From IMG/VR virus record IMGVR_UViG_3300048598_000250, positions 1 to 27,471 of that record: 27,471 bases of DNA; one strand, 5' to 3'. Numbering within the stretch: position 1 is the first letter of the stretch; each line of letters opens with the position of its first letter. Position numbers and translations under genes: made by a program. Shown one piece after another: positions 7,972-17,294 of this stretch. Source of the DNA: a virus. Taxonomy: Duplodnaviria > Caudoviricetes. A model generated the notes under the pieces. That model was not told the DNA's origin. It ran no database searches and worked only from the letters and a program-made list of their open reading frames with translations.

Positions 7972-8467
7972 CTAGCTAAAGTGCCCGTTTTTTTGGCGTT
8001 TTTTGCAGAATTTCGTACATGTTTTGTGAATGTGTCGCATCCGAAAAACCTCTAAAAATGCCTGGCCCCCAATTTTCCCCAAAATTGTGGGGGCCAGCAA
8101 ATTGTGCAACATGTACAAGAATCTTGCATAATTCCGCCGATATATCCGCGTTATCTTGTGTAACATGCACTATGGCCCCCTGGCCCCCACTTTTCCGCGA
8201 AAGGGTATGTTATAGAGAAATACAACATTTGAAATTCGTGGGCAAAAACTTTTTTCTATATAGGTGTATTCCAAAAAACTGGGGGCCTTGGGGGCCAGTA
8301 TATACTTTTTTGTTCATATCTTATATTATAAGGCACATTTACAAATATTTTTTGTGCAATGTGCTGTTTTTTCTGGCCCCCATTCTGGCCCCCAGCTGGC
8401 CCCCAAAACGCCCCAAAACGCCATTTCATTTTGGGGGCCACCCATTTTCATTAAAAATCAATTTTAA
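7972..8467. repeat. AT-rich non-coding region with ten TGGCCCCC-type iterons, probable replication origin
   Basis: Direct copies at 8063, 8173, 8181, 8374, 8386, 8397 and inverted copies at 8089, 8281 (variant), 8290, 8433. Directly downstream of the primase-helicase. Confidence 0.7.
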
Positions 8468-11095
8468 TTAAAACGGCAGCTCGGGGTCCTCGACCTCGGC
8501 AAATCCCGTCAAATCCACCTTGATTTCGTCGTTCGTCAGGAGCCGAATCATCCACTTTCTATCGCCTTCGGCCCTGTGCCTCACAACATCTCGGACGCGT
8601 CCACCCTCCGTCGTTGTATCGATCAGCCCCTTCCCCACCAACCACCGGCGTGTCTTTTTCGCCGAGAACCCTGCTTTTTGGAGTGCCTCGTCGAAGATCG
8701 CCGGGAACACGAGCACGTGGTCCTTGTCATTGGTCTCTGCGTATCCGAACCGCGTTGTGCCGCGGAATCCATCCGAGAACTGCGCGCTGTTCGACGCCAC
8801 CCAGTCGAGGAGGAAGTCGTAGGCACGGCGGTTGACGTCAACCGCGGCATCGTCGCCGTCGACGGCGCCCATTGCCCCAAAGATGTCGACGCCCATGGTC
8901 ACTGCGGACTCGTATGCTTCGCCCCACGAGCCGCCGAACAGCCACTGCTCGATAAGCAGGTCAGCCAGGCACACGGTCGCGAGGTAACTCAGGTGGTGGC
9001 GCAGCTTCGTCTTGAGGCGATCGCGAAGGTTGGCCATGAGCTGCTCCCGGGCGGCGCGCAGCTTGTCCTTGTCGGCCTGAACGAGCCGGGCGATGAACGC
9101 CGGTCCTGCGGTCCCGTGCTGCTGCGCCACTGTTCCGTACATCCGCGACGCGGCCTCCTCATCATTGAACGGGGACCCGAAGATTTCAATGGCGCGGGTG
9201 TTGGTGCCTGACTGCGACGAAGCCCCTGTGAGCGGCTCTTCGCCGTTTGCGATGACGATGTTGCGCCACGAGATTTGTTCCTGCACGCCGCCGTCACGGG
9301 CGCCACGGCCGCGGCTGTTGCCCTCGGCGAGCTGGTAAATGAGGTTGTCCAAGAAATCCTGCTGCCGGGCGCCGCCGCCCGCCAGCTGGCGTTCATTCAA
9401 TCCAAGTGGTAGGTCGGAGAACAGCCCTGCGAGGCGCTCCGAGAACACGCGCGTGGTGTTGAAGCTGCTGATGAGGTCGAGCGGATCGCCCCAGGCAGAC
9501 AGCGAGGCGTAGAGTGCGGCCGTTTTGCCGCCGCGGGAGTCGGACCAGTTGTAAACGATGAAGATGCGTTCGCCGACGATCTTCAGGAGCGGAGCGGCGA
9601 ACGACGCCGCCATGATGAACCGGAAGATGGGATTTTTCCGTGCTTCGCGCATGGCCTCGACCCACCCGGCGAGTGTGCCGGATGCTTGTCCGACGTTTGC
9701 GTAGCGGCCCCAGCTGCCGCCGTCGAAGGTGTACTCGTCGCCGAGTAGGCACGGGGCGAAGTGTGTGCTGTCGACCCACCCGAACTGCGAGACGCAGCGC
9801 TGGTTCTCGATGAGGCTGCCGTTGGCGCATTCCAAAGCGGAGAGCCAGCGCACGACCTGCGCGGCATTGTCGCTGGTGACGTCGGCGCCATGGGCGGCGA
9901 GCTTCGTGATGGTGCGCGCGGTGGCGATGGTCTCGCGGGCCATGGTGCCTTTGTTCCAACCGGTGTGGTCCTTGAACACGTACTCGACCTTGCGTTCGCC
10001 GGTCGCGACGTCGCGAAGCTGCTTCGTAATGAAGATCGGCGTCCAGCAGAATGGCTTGTCCGAGATGTTCCCGCTCTTCGGGTCGATGGCGTAGATGCCG
10101 CCCGCGTCGAGGTCGAAGCCATCGGGAACGCGCAGCTTGACCGGCGCGTCCTCGAGGCCCTTGATGTCGGCCATGGCGGCCTGTTCAAGGTTCATGGGCT
10201 GTGCGGCGTCCATGATCCCGCGCATGATTGCCCGGGCACTGTCGCCTTCTTGAATAAACAGCTGCGACGGGTCCTTGACCCCTTTGTGCGCGACGCATGA
10301 CCACGGGCGAACGATACCTTTGTACCCGGCGTCGAGGAGCGCCTGTGCGACCTTGCGCTTGGCGATGCGGCCACCCTGGTCCGGCTCGACGTGGAGGTAG
10401 AGCTCCGGCACGTCGAGGAGCAGCTTGGCTGTGTCGACGTTGAAGTTCGTCGCCCCGGGGAACCCGAGTGCTTGCATGCCGAGGAACCACAGCGTCTGCG
10501 AGTCGGACTCGCCCTCGACCAAGATGGCGTAGCCGGCCGATTTCACATCGGCCATGCGCCAGCGACCGTAGAGCGTGGGCTTGGCGCCCTTGTGCCAAAG
10601 GAACCGCGGGCCTTCGCCCTTCGGCATGCGCTTGCGGACGCAGAGGACGTGGCTGTTCTCGTCCATATAGGCCAGCTCGACGTAGCGGCTCTTGTATCCG
10701 TCCTTGACACCGTTGGCCTGAAGGAACTCGATAGGCAACCGCTTCTCAAGGGAGTACTCCTTGAGCGTGTAGGTCTTCTCATCTGTGGTGCTGGGCCGCG
10801 CGGAGTCCAATGGCACCCCGGCGAGATCGCAGAGGCGCTTGTAGGCTTCGCCGGTTTCGATGCCTTCCATCTTCGCGAGGAAGCTGGTGGCGTTGCCATG
10901 CTCTCCGCACGCCTCGCATTTGAAAAGCCCGTTCGACGGCCGGTACCAGAATGAGTCATGTCGATCTTCGTGCGTGCCGAACGGGCACTTGGTGAGGATC
11001 TTGTCATCGCCCGCCGGGCGCATCGGCGCGGATATGTATTTCCGGTAGAAGTCCGGCCAGTTGATGAGGCGGTCTATGTCCGGGCGCTGTGTCAT
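8468..11095 (-). CDS. DNA primase-helicase (Zn finger, TOPRIM, DUF927-type P-loop domain)
   Basis: CPF..H.D..DS..CEAC Zn finger, ILVEGESD and EPDQGG TOPRIM motifs, DSRGGKT Walker A, GRGRGA, NGE motif, acidic DPELPF tail. Confidence 0.88.
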   Translation of the reverse strand: MTQRPDIDRLINWPDFYRKYISAPMRPAGDDKILTKCPFGTHEDRHDSFWYRPSNGLFKCEACGEHGNATSFLAKMEGIETGEAYKRLCDLAGVPLDSARPSTTDEKTYTLKEYSLEKRLPIEFLQANGVKDGYKSRYVELAYMDENSHVLCVRKRMPKGEGPRFLWHKGAKPTLYGRWRMADVKSAGYAILVEGESDSQTLWFLGMQALGFPGATNFNVDTAKLLLDVPELYLHVEPDQGGRIAKRKVAQALLDAGYKGIVRPWSCVAHKGVKDPSQLFIQEGDSARAIMRGIMDAAQPMNLEQAAMADIKGLEDAPVKLRVPDGFDLDAGGIYAIDPKSGNISDKPFCWTPIFITKQLRDVATGERKVEYVFKDHTGWNKGTMARETIATARTITKLAAHGADVTSDNAAQVVRWLSALECANGSLIENQRCVSQFGWVDSTHFAPCLLGDEYTFDGGSWGRYANVGQASGTLAGWVEAMREARKNPIFRFIMAASFAAPLLKIVGERIFIVYNWSDSRGGKTAALYASLSAWGDPLDLISSFNTTRVFSERLAGLFSDLPLGLNERQLAGGGARQQDFLDNLIYQLAEGNSRGRGARDGGVQEQISWRNIVIANGEEPLTGASSQSGTNTRAIEIFGSPFNDEEAASRMYGTVAQQHGTAGPAFIARLVQADKDKLRAAREQLMANLRDRLKTKLRHHLSYLATVCLADLLIEQWLFGGSWGEAYESAVTMGVDIFGAMGAVDGDDAAVDVNRRAYDFLLDWVASNSAQFSDGFRGTTRFGYAETNDKDHVLVFPAIFDEALQKAGFSAKKTRRWLVGKGLIDTTTEGGRVRDVVRHRAEGDRKWMIRLLTNDEIKVDLTGFAEVEDPELPF

Positions 11096-12915
11096 CGTTC
11101 CGCCTCCTTTTGAAGCGTGTCAATTCCGTTCAGCACCGCCAGCATGTTTGGAAGTGCCATGCCGTTCCCCCACATTTTGTACTGCGCGCTGTCGCTGCCC
11201 GGCACGCCGTCCGTCCAGAAGTCCGGGAACCCCTGCAATCGGCAGCATTCAAGTGGAATGAGGCGGCGGACGATGTATCGGCGTGGCGGCTTGCCGGGCA
11301 CAACGACTCCGTTTTGTCTCCTTGCTCCGTTGTTTGCATCAATCGTAGCGTGGGTGTCGCAAAGCCGAATTCCAGACTGGCTTGATTGAAATCCGATAAC
11401 TCTATTCTTGTCACAAAGAATGGGCCGTTCATGGCTTGCATTCAGGCACGGCGCGATCCCTTCGGTAATTGCCGCATTTGCTTGCGCACTCTCCAACAGA
11501 ACAGGCGGCATGTAATTCAAACTCTGTCCGCCGTTCTCCTTGGCTTGCATCGTTGGCAGAAGCTCATCGTTCAGCGCGCCATTGCGGGCGTCGATGCCGT
11601 ATGCCACAGCGTGCGGTTCTTTGGTGTCCACCGTGTACGCCACATCTTCAACGCAGCCGTTCCCATCACAACCGCTCTGATCTCCGCGTCCGATGATGTT
11701 TGATCTCATACAAACCGCATGGGTGTCGATCGTATTAAGCGTGTAGGCCGAACCATCGTCTATGTATCCAGCTCCGTTTTGCCCCAGCTGCGCACCACGG
11801 GCGATGTTCCCTTGGATCGCGATGGCCGCATGGCTCGATTTGCTTGCGTCCGCGCGCAGCGCGTTCTTCGCCTCGGATTGCGCCCAATTCTCTTCTTTTG
11901 CTGATTTTGGCTCAAAAAGCGCAATGTATGTTTGTTGCTTCATTCCGGCGTTTGCCGACAAAGCTCCTGTGTGATCCCCAAGGTCGCGAACTTCATCGCG
12001 CTCGTTTTGGGCAAATGCAACGAACGGTTGCCCACGATCCACACACGGCGAACTGTCTGCCCGGGCGCAAAGAGCACCGACCGGCCCGGTGGGGTACGCA
12101 ACGGCGTTGATTTGCTGCGCGCTCTCGACGCATCGAGCATTCAGCGAGGTCATTGTGTGCCATATCGCTGGGCTTGTCAGTCCATCTCCATCTCTACCAC
12201 TTCGATCAACGCTTCCCACAGCATTGGAGGAATCGGCTTCTTGCGCCGCAGCGCGCGGTTCAGGATCCCGAGGCAAGCGCGTGCGCTCAAATAGTATTTC
12301 TCCGGCGCGTTCGGCACCAAGATCGAGGACAGCGTAGATTCGACGGCGTCTCTGGGGCACTCCCCAGTATTGGGCGTCGACGACACGCCAGGCAAACGAC
12401 CACCCAGCTCCCACGACGGCCCCGGCGTTTCTCCAAACAAGTTGACCTGTTCTATCGCGTTCAGGTGCAGGGATTGAAACTCTGTCGTTGGCAATGGCGC
12501 AGAACGCCTCGACGACCGCGAGGAAGTCTTTCCCCTGATTGCTTGAAAACGCTCCCGGTACGTTTTCCCACACGACGAACCGTGGGTATTTTCCATTCGT
12601 TGCATCCCTCATCTCTCGAACAATGCGCGTCATCTGGAAAAACAGGTGCGACTTATTTCCACCGGTCAAACCGGCCTGTTTTCCAGCAATCGAAAGGTCC
12701 TGACACGGGGACCCGCCCGCGATCACATCCACAGGTTCAATCTCTGCGCCGTTGATCTGTGTGATGTCGCCCATGTGCTTCAAACTCGGGAAGCGGGCGT
12801 TCGTCACGGCGACGGGATATGGTTCAATTTCGCTGGCCCAAACGGGAGACCATCCGAGGATTGACGCCGCCAGCGGAGCTGTTCCGCTCCCGTCAAAGAG
12901 GCTTCCGAGTTTCAT
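11092..12915 (-). CDS. DNA (cytosine-5) methyltransferase with long variable region
   Basis: Motif I LFDGSG, IV GSPCQDLS, VI ENVPG, VIII QRRRR, IX RRLIPLECCRLQGFP, X YKMWGNG. The start could be 12921. Confidence 0.95.
   Translation of the reverse strand: MKLGSLFDGSGTAPLAASILGWSPVWASEIEPYPVAVTNARFPSLKHMGDITQINGAEIEPVDVIAGGSPCQDLSIAGKQAGLTGGNKSHLFFQMTRIVREMRDATNGKYPRFVVWENVPGAFSSNQGKDFLAVVEAFCAIANDRVSIPAPERDRTGQLVWRNAGAVVGAGWSFAWRVVDAQYWGVPQRRRRIYAVLDLGAERAGEILFERTRLPRDPEPRAAAQEADSSNAVGSVDRSGRDGDGLTSPAIWHTMTSLNARCVESAQQINAVAYPTGPVGALCARADSSPCVDRGQPFVAFAQNERDEVRDLGDHTGALSANAGMKQQTYIALFEPKSAKEENWAQSEAKNALRADASKSSHAAIAIQGNIARGAQLGQNGAGYIDDGSAYTLNTIDTHAVCMRSNIIGRGDQSGCDGNGCVEDVAYTVDTKEPHAVAYGIDARNGALNDELLPTMQAKENGGQSLNYMPPVLLESAQANAAITEGIAPCLNASHERPILCDKNRVIGFQSSQSGIRLCDTHATIDANNGARRQNGVVVPGKPPRRYIVRRLIPLECCRLQGFPDFWTDGVPGSDSAQYKMWGNGMALPNMLAVLNGIDTLQKEAER
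12177..12605 (-). CDS. Out-of-frame ORF nested in the C5-MTase, resembling the M.EcoHK31I beta-type polypeptide
   Basis: ESTLSSILVPNAPEKYYLSARACLGILNRALRRKKPIPPMLWEAL is a segment I recognise from alternative-frame MTase subunits. GAGGG lies upstream of the ATG at 12596. Confidence 0.6.
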   Translation of the reverse strand: MQRMENTHGSSCGKTYRERFQAIRGKTSSRSSRRSAPLPTTEFQSLHLNAIEQVNLFGETPGPSWELGGRLPGVSSTPNTGECPRDAVESTLSSILVPNAPEKYYLSARACLGILNRALRRKKPIPPMLWEALIEVVEMEMD

Positions 12916-13054
12916 CGTCATCTCCTTCGCCTCCGTTCAATCCACCGCATCGCGCCGTTGCAGATCCAGAGCAGTGCCTCGTGGATCTTGATCATGACCC
13001 AGCACCAGGCGATCACGGCAAGGAGGTATGCGGTGGAATGGTCTTGTGGGTTTC

Positions 13055-13657
13055 TCATGAACGTTCCTCTCTGCGCGCAATCCATCCTTCATATTCCGGC
13101 AGCAGTCCGCGTTGCCTCAAAAAGCTCTTCATTTGCGATGTCTCCAACCACGCGTCTGTGCCGCGGCGTTTCTCATCATTTATGGTGCTCTCGAGCCTTT
13201 CAATGCGACGCCGGTATTCGCCGACCACAGTTTCGTTCCCGGACATCTTGACTTGCTCGTATGTCCGATACAAGCTGCGGATAATGCTTCTGGTCAGCAC
13301 CTTTTCATCGCATCCAAGTGGTCGCCGCTCCGCTTTTTTTTCGCTGATGAGCCAGTTCCCGCCGGGGACGAGAACGCCGACATGCGACGGCACCTCGTCC
13401 CCCACCTCTGCAAAAAGCGCGCGTGGCATCACAAAGTAGTTCAGGTGCCCGATGAATGTTTTGCGTGCCTTGCTGTGGAAGTCGGCCTTGCTGACCTTAA
13501 TCTCGAAACAGCGCCACGTTCCTTTGAAGTCCAGCGTGATGAAGTCTACCCGTTCGCGGCCGAACGGGCCGATAGTGACTTCGTCGCATCCAAACTGGCC
13601 GTGGGTGTATCGGAGAAGCCGACGCTCAATGTCGAGCGTTTCAGGGGTCTTGCTCAT
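13055..13657 (-). CDS. PD-(D/E)XK nuclease-like protein (MmcB-like)
   Basis: RVDF...CFEIKVSKADF...NYFVMP...VGVL motif set. Confidence 0.7.
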   Translation of the reverse strand: MSKTPETLDIERRLLRYTHGQFGCDEVTIGPFGRERVDFITLDFKGTWRCFEIKVSKADFHSKARKTFIGHLNYFVMPRALFAEVGDEVPSHVGVLVPGGNWLISEKKAERRPLGCDEKVLTRSIIRSLYRTYEQVKMSGNETVVGEYRRRIERLESTINDEKRRGTDAWLETSQMKSFLRQRGLLPEYEGWIARREERS

Positions 13658-14054
13658 TGTGTTTCTCCGAGTGCTTCTCGTTCCAGATCCCCTCGGCGAT
13701 CTGCTGCGCCTCTTCGCGGGTGCAGCGATACACGTCGACGGGCATTGGTTGTTTGGGTTTGAATAACGAGATGCGAAACTCCTTGTCTGAGTAGGCGTCT
13801 GAGTCGACGAAGTGCACGATCTCGGACCCAGTGCATACCCCGTTAGCATCGGCCGGGAAATGCCCAGTCCAGTTTTCGAGGTGAATGTCGTTGATGTGCT
13901 CCGTCAGAACGTCGCGCACCTTGGCGGCGTGCTCGGCATCGATCCGCATGAGCTTCTTCATGACGTGCGTCGGCACGAAGAACCCGCAGTACATCTGCGC
14001 GCCAAGTTGGAAGAGCTGCCCGGGGATCTTCTTCTCAAACCGGTCAATCTCCAT
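13641..14054 (-). CDS. Hypothetical protein (137 aa)
   Basis: AAGGAGG RBS, overlaps both neighbours. Confidence 0.65.
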   Translation of the reverse strand: MEIDRFEKKIPGQLFQLGAQMYCGFFVPTHVMKKLMRIDAEHAAKVRDVLTEHINDIHLENWTGHFPADANGVCTGSEIVHFVDSDAYSDKEFRISLFKPKQPMPVDVYRCTREEAQQIAEGIWNEKHSEKHNEQDP

Positions 14055-14391
14055 CGCGGCCCTCCTTCATCCCGTACAACGCCCCAACCTCGGGGTCGCT
14101 TTCGGCCGCGTATGTGGCCTCAACGATAGCGCACGCGACCGCCATCACCTGGGTCGCCTCGCGGCGAATGGCCTCAATGCCGCCGCGCTCCGGGTGGCGG
14201 GGGTTGTGCGCGCAGGTCTCGTTGACCGCCTCGCATAGTTCGCCGAACTCTTCCCCGAGGATGCTCATCCACTCGTACGGGTGGTTGTGTGACTGGTCGC
14301 CCCATAGGCCCATCTGGCGAATGCGCTCATGCCGGAGCAGCGACGCGCCTTCGTTGATCAGGTCTGTGTTGATGCTGAAGTCAGACCCCAT
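14044..14391 (-). CDS. MazG-like nucleotide pyrophosphohydrolase
   Basis: WMSILGEEFGELCEAV...IRREATQVMAVA (EExxE motif). GGAGGAGG RBS. Confidence 0.78.
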   Translation of the reverse strand: MGSDFSINTDLINEGASLLRHERIRQMGLWGDQSHNHPYEWMSILGEEFGELCEAVNETCAHNPRHPERGGIEAIRREATQVMAVACAIVEATYAAESDPEVGALYGMKEGRDGD

Positions 14392-14569
14392 ATGTGCTGC
14401 GCCTCCTCCGCTTGGGTTTCAGCGGCTCCATGGCCGCAAACTCGCGCCAGTTCCTCGAGAAGAAGCTCCCGAGCGCGCCAGCCGTTTTAGAAAACCGTTG
14501 CCTGTTGATCTTGGTGAGTCCGCGCTCCCTCATGCGCGCCTTGGCGATCGACCGTTTCAGTTCTCGCAT
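14381..14569 (-). CDS. Small basic hypothetical protein
   Basis: AAAGGAGG RBS before MRELKRSIAKARM. Confidence 0.6.
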   Translation of the reverse strand: MRELKRSIAKARMRERGLTKINRQRFSKTAGALGSFFSRNWREFAAMEPLKPKRRRRSTYGV

Positions 14570-14763
14570 GTGACATCCTCCTTTGCCCATCTGGCGAATG
14601 CGCGGATGGTCATCGTCCCGGCGACCCCGCGCATCCTGTTGTGAAAGGTTCCGTCCTTGACGATCTCGTATCCGAGCAGGATATCCCTGCGGGAGAGCAC
14701 CTTGCGCTCCCGGCCGCGGCTGTTGCTGTATGTATGCCCGGCGCGGATTTCAATCTGCTTCAT
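14557..14763 (-). CDS. Small hypothetical protein
   Basis: AAAGGAGG RBS before MKQIEIRAGHTY. Confidence 0.6.
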   Translation of the reverse strand: MKQIEIRAGHTYSNSRGRERKVLSRRDILLGYEIVKDGTFHNRMRGVAGTMTIRAFARWAKEDVTCEN

Positions 14764-15010
14764 CTGAGTCACTTCCTCCTTTCGGTGGCGGCGGCGGGAC
14801 AGGATGCGGCATGTTGGGAATGACCGCAGGGTGTTGCTCCCACCTGACGGCTTTCCATCGCCGATCGAGCATATCCGATACGAAACACTCACGCCATTCC
14901 GCAACCTCAAGCCAGCGCCATTCTCTATCGATCCGCTTTGGGAGCCAGAGGTACTTGCGAACGATTCTGCGATCACCGTTTCGCGGTCTGCGCTTTCCTG
15001 CCCATCTCAT
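14750..15010 (-). CDS. Small Trp-rich hypothetical protein
   Basis: RIVRKYLWLPKRIDREWRWLE, ATGA coupling with the upstream gene. Confidence 0.6.
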   Translation of the reverse strand: MRWAGKRRPRNGDRRIVRKYLWLPKRIDREWRWLEVAEWRECFVSDMLDRRWKAVRWEQHPAVIPNMPHPVPPPPPKGGSDSDEAD

Positions 15011-15318
15011 TCGCTTTCCTCCGCATCCATCTTCGCGCCGCACTTCGGGCAATAGTTTTCCTTAATTGCCGCAAACCGGCCGCAGCCGCTGCACGTATTC
15101 CGCGTGCGCCTGATGAAGCGATAGCTGCCGTCTGGGGTGTCGTACGTAGCCATAACGGCGGTTGAGATCCAATGGGCATGCCTCACGACCTCGGCGTCCT
15201 CGGCGGGGACATCCACAATTTCCTGAAGTATCTCGGCGCGCAGCACCTCGGCATCCGCGACCACGAGCGCGTCTACGTTGTCTATCAGCTTCGCCCGGCT
15301 GATAAAATCGTCACTCAT
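15007..15318 (-). CDS. Phage Zn-finger hypothetical protein
   Basis: DFISR...DAEVVRHAHWI...CSGCG...YCPKCGAKMD, a common phage pattern. Confidence 0.75.
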   Translation of the reverse strand: MSDDFISRAKLIDNVDALVVADAEVLRAEILQEIVDVPAEDAEVVRHAHWISTAVMATYDTPDGSYRFIRRTRNTCSGCGRFAAIKENYCPKCGAKMDAEESE

Positions 15319-15880
15319 GTCCGGCCTCTTTCGTTGCGTCATCGTATATCGGCTCAAGCGCCAGGGTGCCGGTGCGTAGATCGACCGCACACACGCGCGC
15401 CCGTAAGCCTCCGATGACGATTTCCTCTCCGATGCTGGGAGGCGCTGGCGGGTCTTGCAGGATGTGGACGCCTTCTGGGCTTGCGGGCTTGGCGTTGTCG
15501 GCGTCGCGCCTTGCCCCAAACACGCCGATGATCTTCTCGACTTCCATAAGCGCCAACGTCTCGAATTGATGCGGTAAATCCGCATCCTTGTTGACGTACG
15601 CAAAACGCATATCATCCAGCGCGACTTTCGCCGCCTCCAACTCCGCGCGGAGGGCGGCGTTCTCGGAGGTGATCCCCTTCGCCGTTTCGGCTACGACCAT
15701 CGCGCCTTTCAGGGCTTCCCGCAGCCTCCTTATCTCCGCCGCCATGCGGGGGACGGCATCGAGTGCCAGTTCACGTTCCGGACGAAAAATAACTGAAAAT
15801 GGAGGGCGCTTGTCCGCACGCACCTTCTCCGCCAACGCCTCGATCTCTCTCAATTCCCGTTCGTTCATCGGCTCGTTCAT
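15311..15880 (-). CDS. Hypothetical protein with coiled coil
   Basis: AAGGAGG RBS before MNEPMNE. Confidence 0.65.
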   Translation of the reverse strand: MNEPMNERELREIEALAEKVRADKRPPFSVIFRPERELALDAVPRMAAEIRRLREALKGAMVVAETAKGITSENAALRAELEAAKVALDDMRFAYVNKDADLPHQFETLALMEVEKIIGVFGARRDADNAKPASPEGVHILQDPPAPPSIGEEIVIGGLRARVCAVDLRTGTLALEPIYDDATKEAGHE

Positions 15881-16013
15881 TCCGCGTCCTCCTTCTCCTT
15901 CTCCCAATAGCCGAGAGGCGCGTCCCATATCTCTGCCCGATCGGCGGGTGTCAACCTTTCGCTCATGGTTCCTCCTTCGGCGGCCGTCCTCCCGGGCGGC
16001 CGCCAGCGCGCGC

Positions 16014-16409
16014 TCAGTCGGTGGTGGTGACTTGGATGGGCACGATGGATTTCGGCTGGAAGTTGATCTCGTAGTGGTATTTGTCGACGTAGGCGCCGCT
16101 GATGTCCTCGACCACGTATGTAGTCCAGTCGTTCATGCTGACGAAGTGCTTCTTATAAACCCCGTCGGCGATCTCCATGATGATGTCGAGGTCGCCAGCG
16201 CTTTTCTGGATGGAGATCAGCCCGATCACCTCGATCAGGCACTTGTCGGTCCTGGTGTTGAAAACCGTGACCCGGCGGGTGATGTTGAACGCATCCGCCT
16301 CCTTGGACAGGTTATAGGAAACGTTCTCCGCCTGGGTACAGCCCGAGACGATGACGGCAATGGCCACCAAGGCCATCACCAACGCGATCCACCGAAAAGA
16401 CTTCTTCAC
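16014..16409 (-). CDS. Phage lipoprotein
   Basis: GTG start with AAGGAGG RBS, basic plus hydrophobic signal peptide, lipobox VSGC, then SYNLSKEADAFNITRRVTVFN. Confidence 0.8.
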   Translation of the reverse strand: MKKSFRWIALVMALVAIAVIVSGCTQAENVSYNLSKEADAFNITRRVTVFNTRTDKCLIEVIGLISIQKSAGDLDIIMEIADGVYKKHFVSMNDWTTYVVEDISGAYVDKYHYEINFQPKSIVPIQVTTTD

Positions 16410-16543
16410 AAGCGTTCCTCCTTGATTTTTTTGATGACCCTGACGATGATCCACGTTGCCACGACCGCCACCACGCCAATGACAGCGCAGAGGAAAACGT
16501 AGACAAGAATGGAGAACAGGTAGTTGAGGTAGCTGATGACCAT
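16406..16543 (-). CDS. Small single-pass membrane protein
   Basis: Hydrophobic stretch followed by a basic tail, coupled to both neighbours. Confidence 0.55.
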   Translation of the reverse strand: MVISYLNYLFSILVYVFLCAVIGVVAVVATWIIVRVIKKIKEERL

Positions 16544-16866
16544 CAACCATCCCCCTCTCCCGCCTTCTCCGCGAACGGGTCCGGCGTCATGACCTTGTGG
16601 CGCCAGTCGAGCTTTTCGTAGTTCACCCGGCAGGTCTGGCAGTTGTGACCTACGATCACCGTGTCTTCCAGGCTGTATGCGCCGCCCAATGTGTCCCCGA
16701 GCCGGATACCGCAGCGGGCGCAGTTGATGTATCCGAAACATGTCTCGACGATTTTGCTGTGCCCGAGAAGCGCGCATGCGATGGTCTTGCGCGTGTCCTC
16801 GTCTGGAGCAATACTGGCGTCGAGTGCGCCCATGATCTCATTGAACTTCTCCTGCGTGAGATCCAT
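16543..16866 (-). CDS. Cys/His-rich hypothetical protein
   Basis: CALLGH...CARCG...HNCQTC. GGGGAG RBS. Confidence 0.65.
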   Translation of the reverse strand: MDLTQEKFNEIMGALDASIAPDEDTRKTIACALLGHSKIVETCFGYINCARCGIRLGDTLGGAYSLEDTVIVGHNCQTCRVNYEKLDWRHKVMTPDPFAEKAGEGDG

Positions 16867-17018
16867 AAAAACTCCCCTTTCTTTATCCCCCTACTCTTAC
16901 TATCCGCGAAACGCTCCGCGGTGATTCGGCATTTGTGAAGGCATTGATAGAGAACATTTACGATCATTTTTGTGCAAGATGGCAGCGCACCGGGTAATGG
17001 CGCGCTGCCGGGGAGTCG

Positions 17019-17252
17019 CTACTTCGTTCCGATTTCCTTGGCCTTGAAGTGTTTGCACGGAGGCGCAATCTTGCAGATGATGTACTTCGAACCATCTTCG
17101 GACTTCCCGCATGGGGCTCGAAGTGCAACGATGCTGTTATCGCATAGCTCGCAGTACTCTCCCATAGTGACATCCTCCGAAGATGCGGAGTGTTCGCCCT
17201 GCGCGATCTTTGCGGGCAGCTGACCTTTCAGCGGTTTCATTGGCTTCATCAT
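17019..17252 (-). CDS. Small Cys-rich hypothetical protein
   Basis: AAGGGAG RBS and Cys motifs. Confidence 0.5.
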   Translation of the reverse strand: MMKPMKPLKGQLPAKIAQGEHSASSEDVTMGEYCELCDNSIVALRAPCGKSEDGSKYIICKIAPPCKHFKAKEIGTK

Positions 17253-17294
17253 GTAGAACTCCCTTGTTTCTGCGGGGAGCTGCCCCCGCGCCGG

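Noticed and set aside
7972-8471. Short ORFs in the AT-rich region
   Set aside because: Atypical composition, repeat-derived translations and no RBS. The region is better explained as non-coding.
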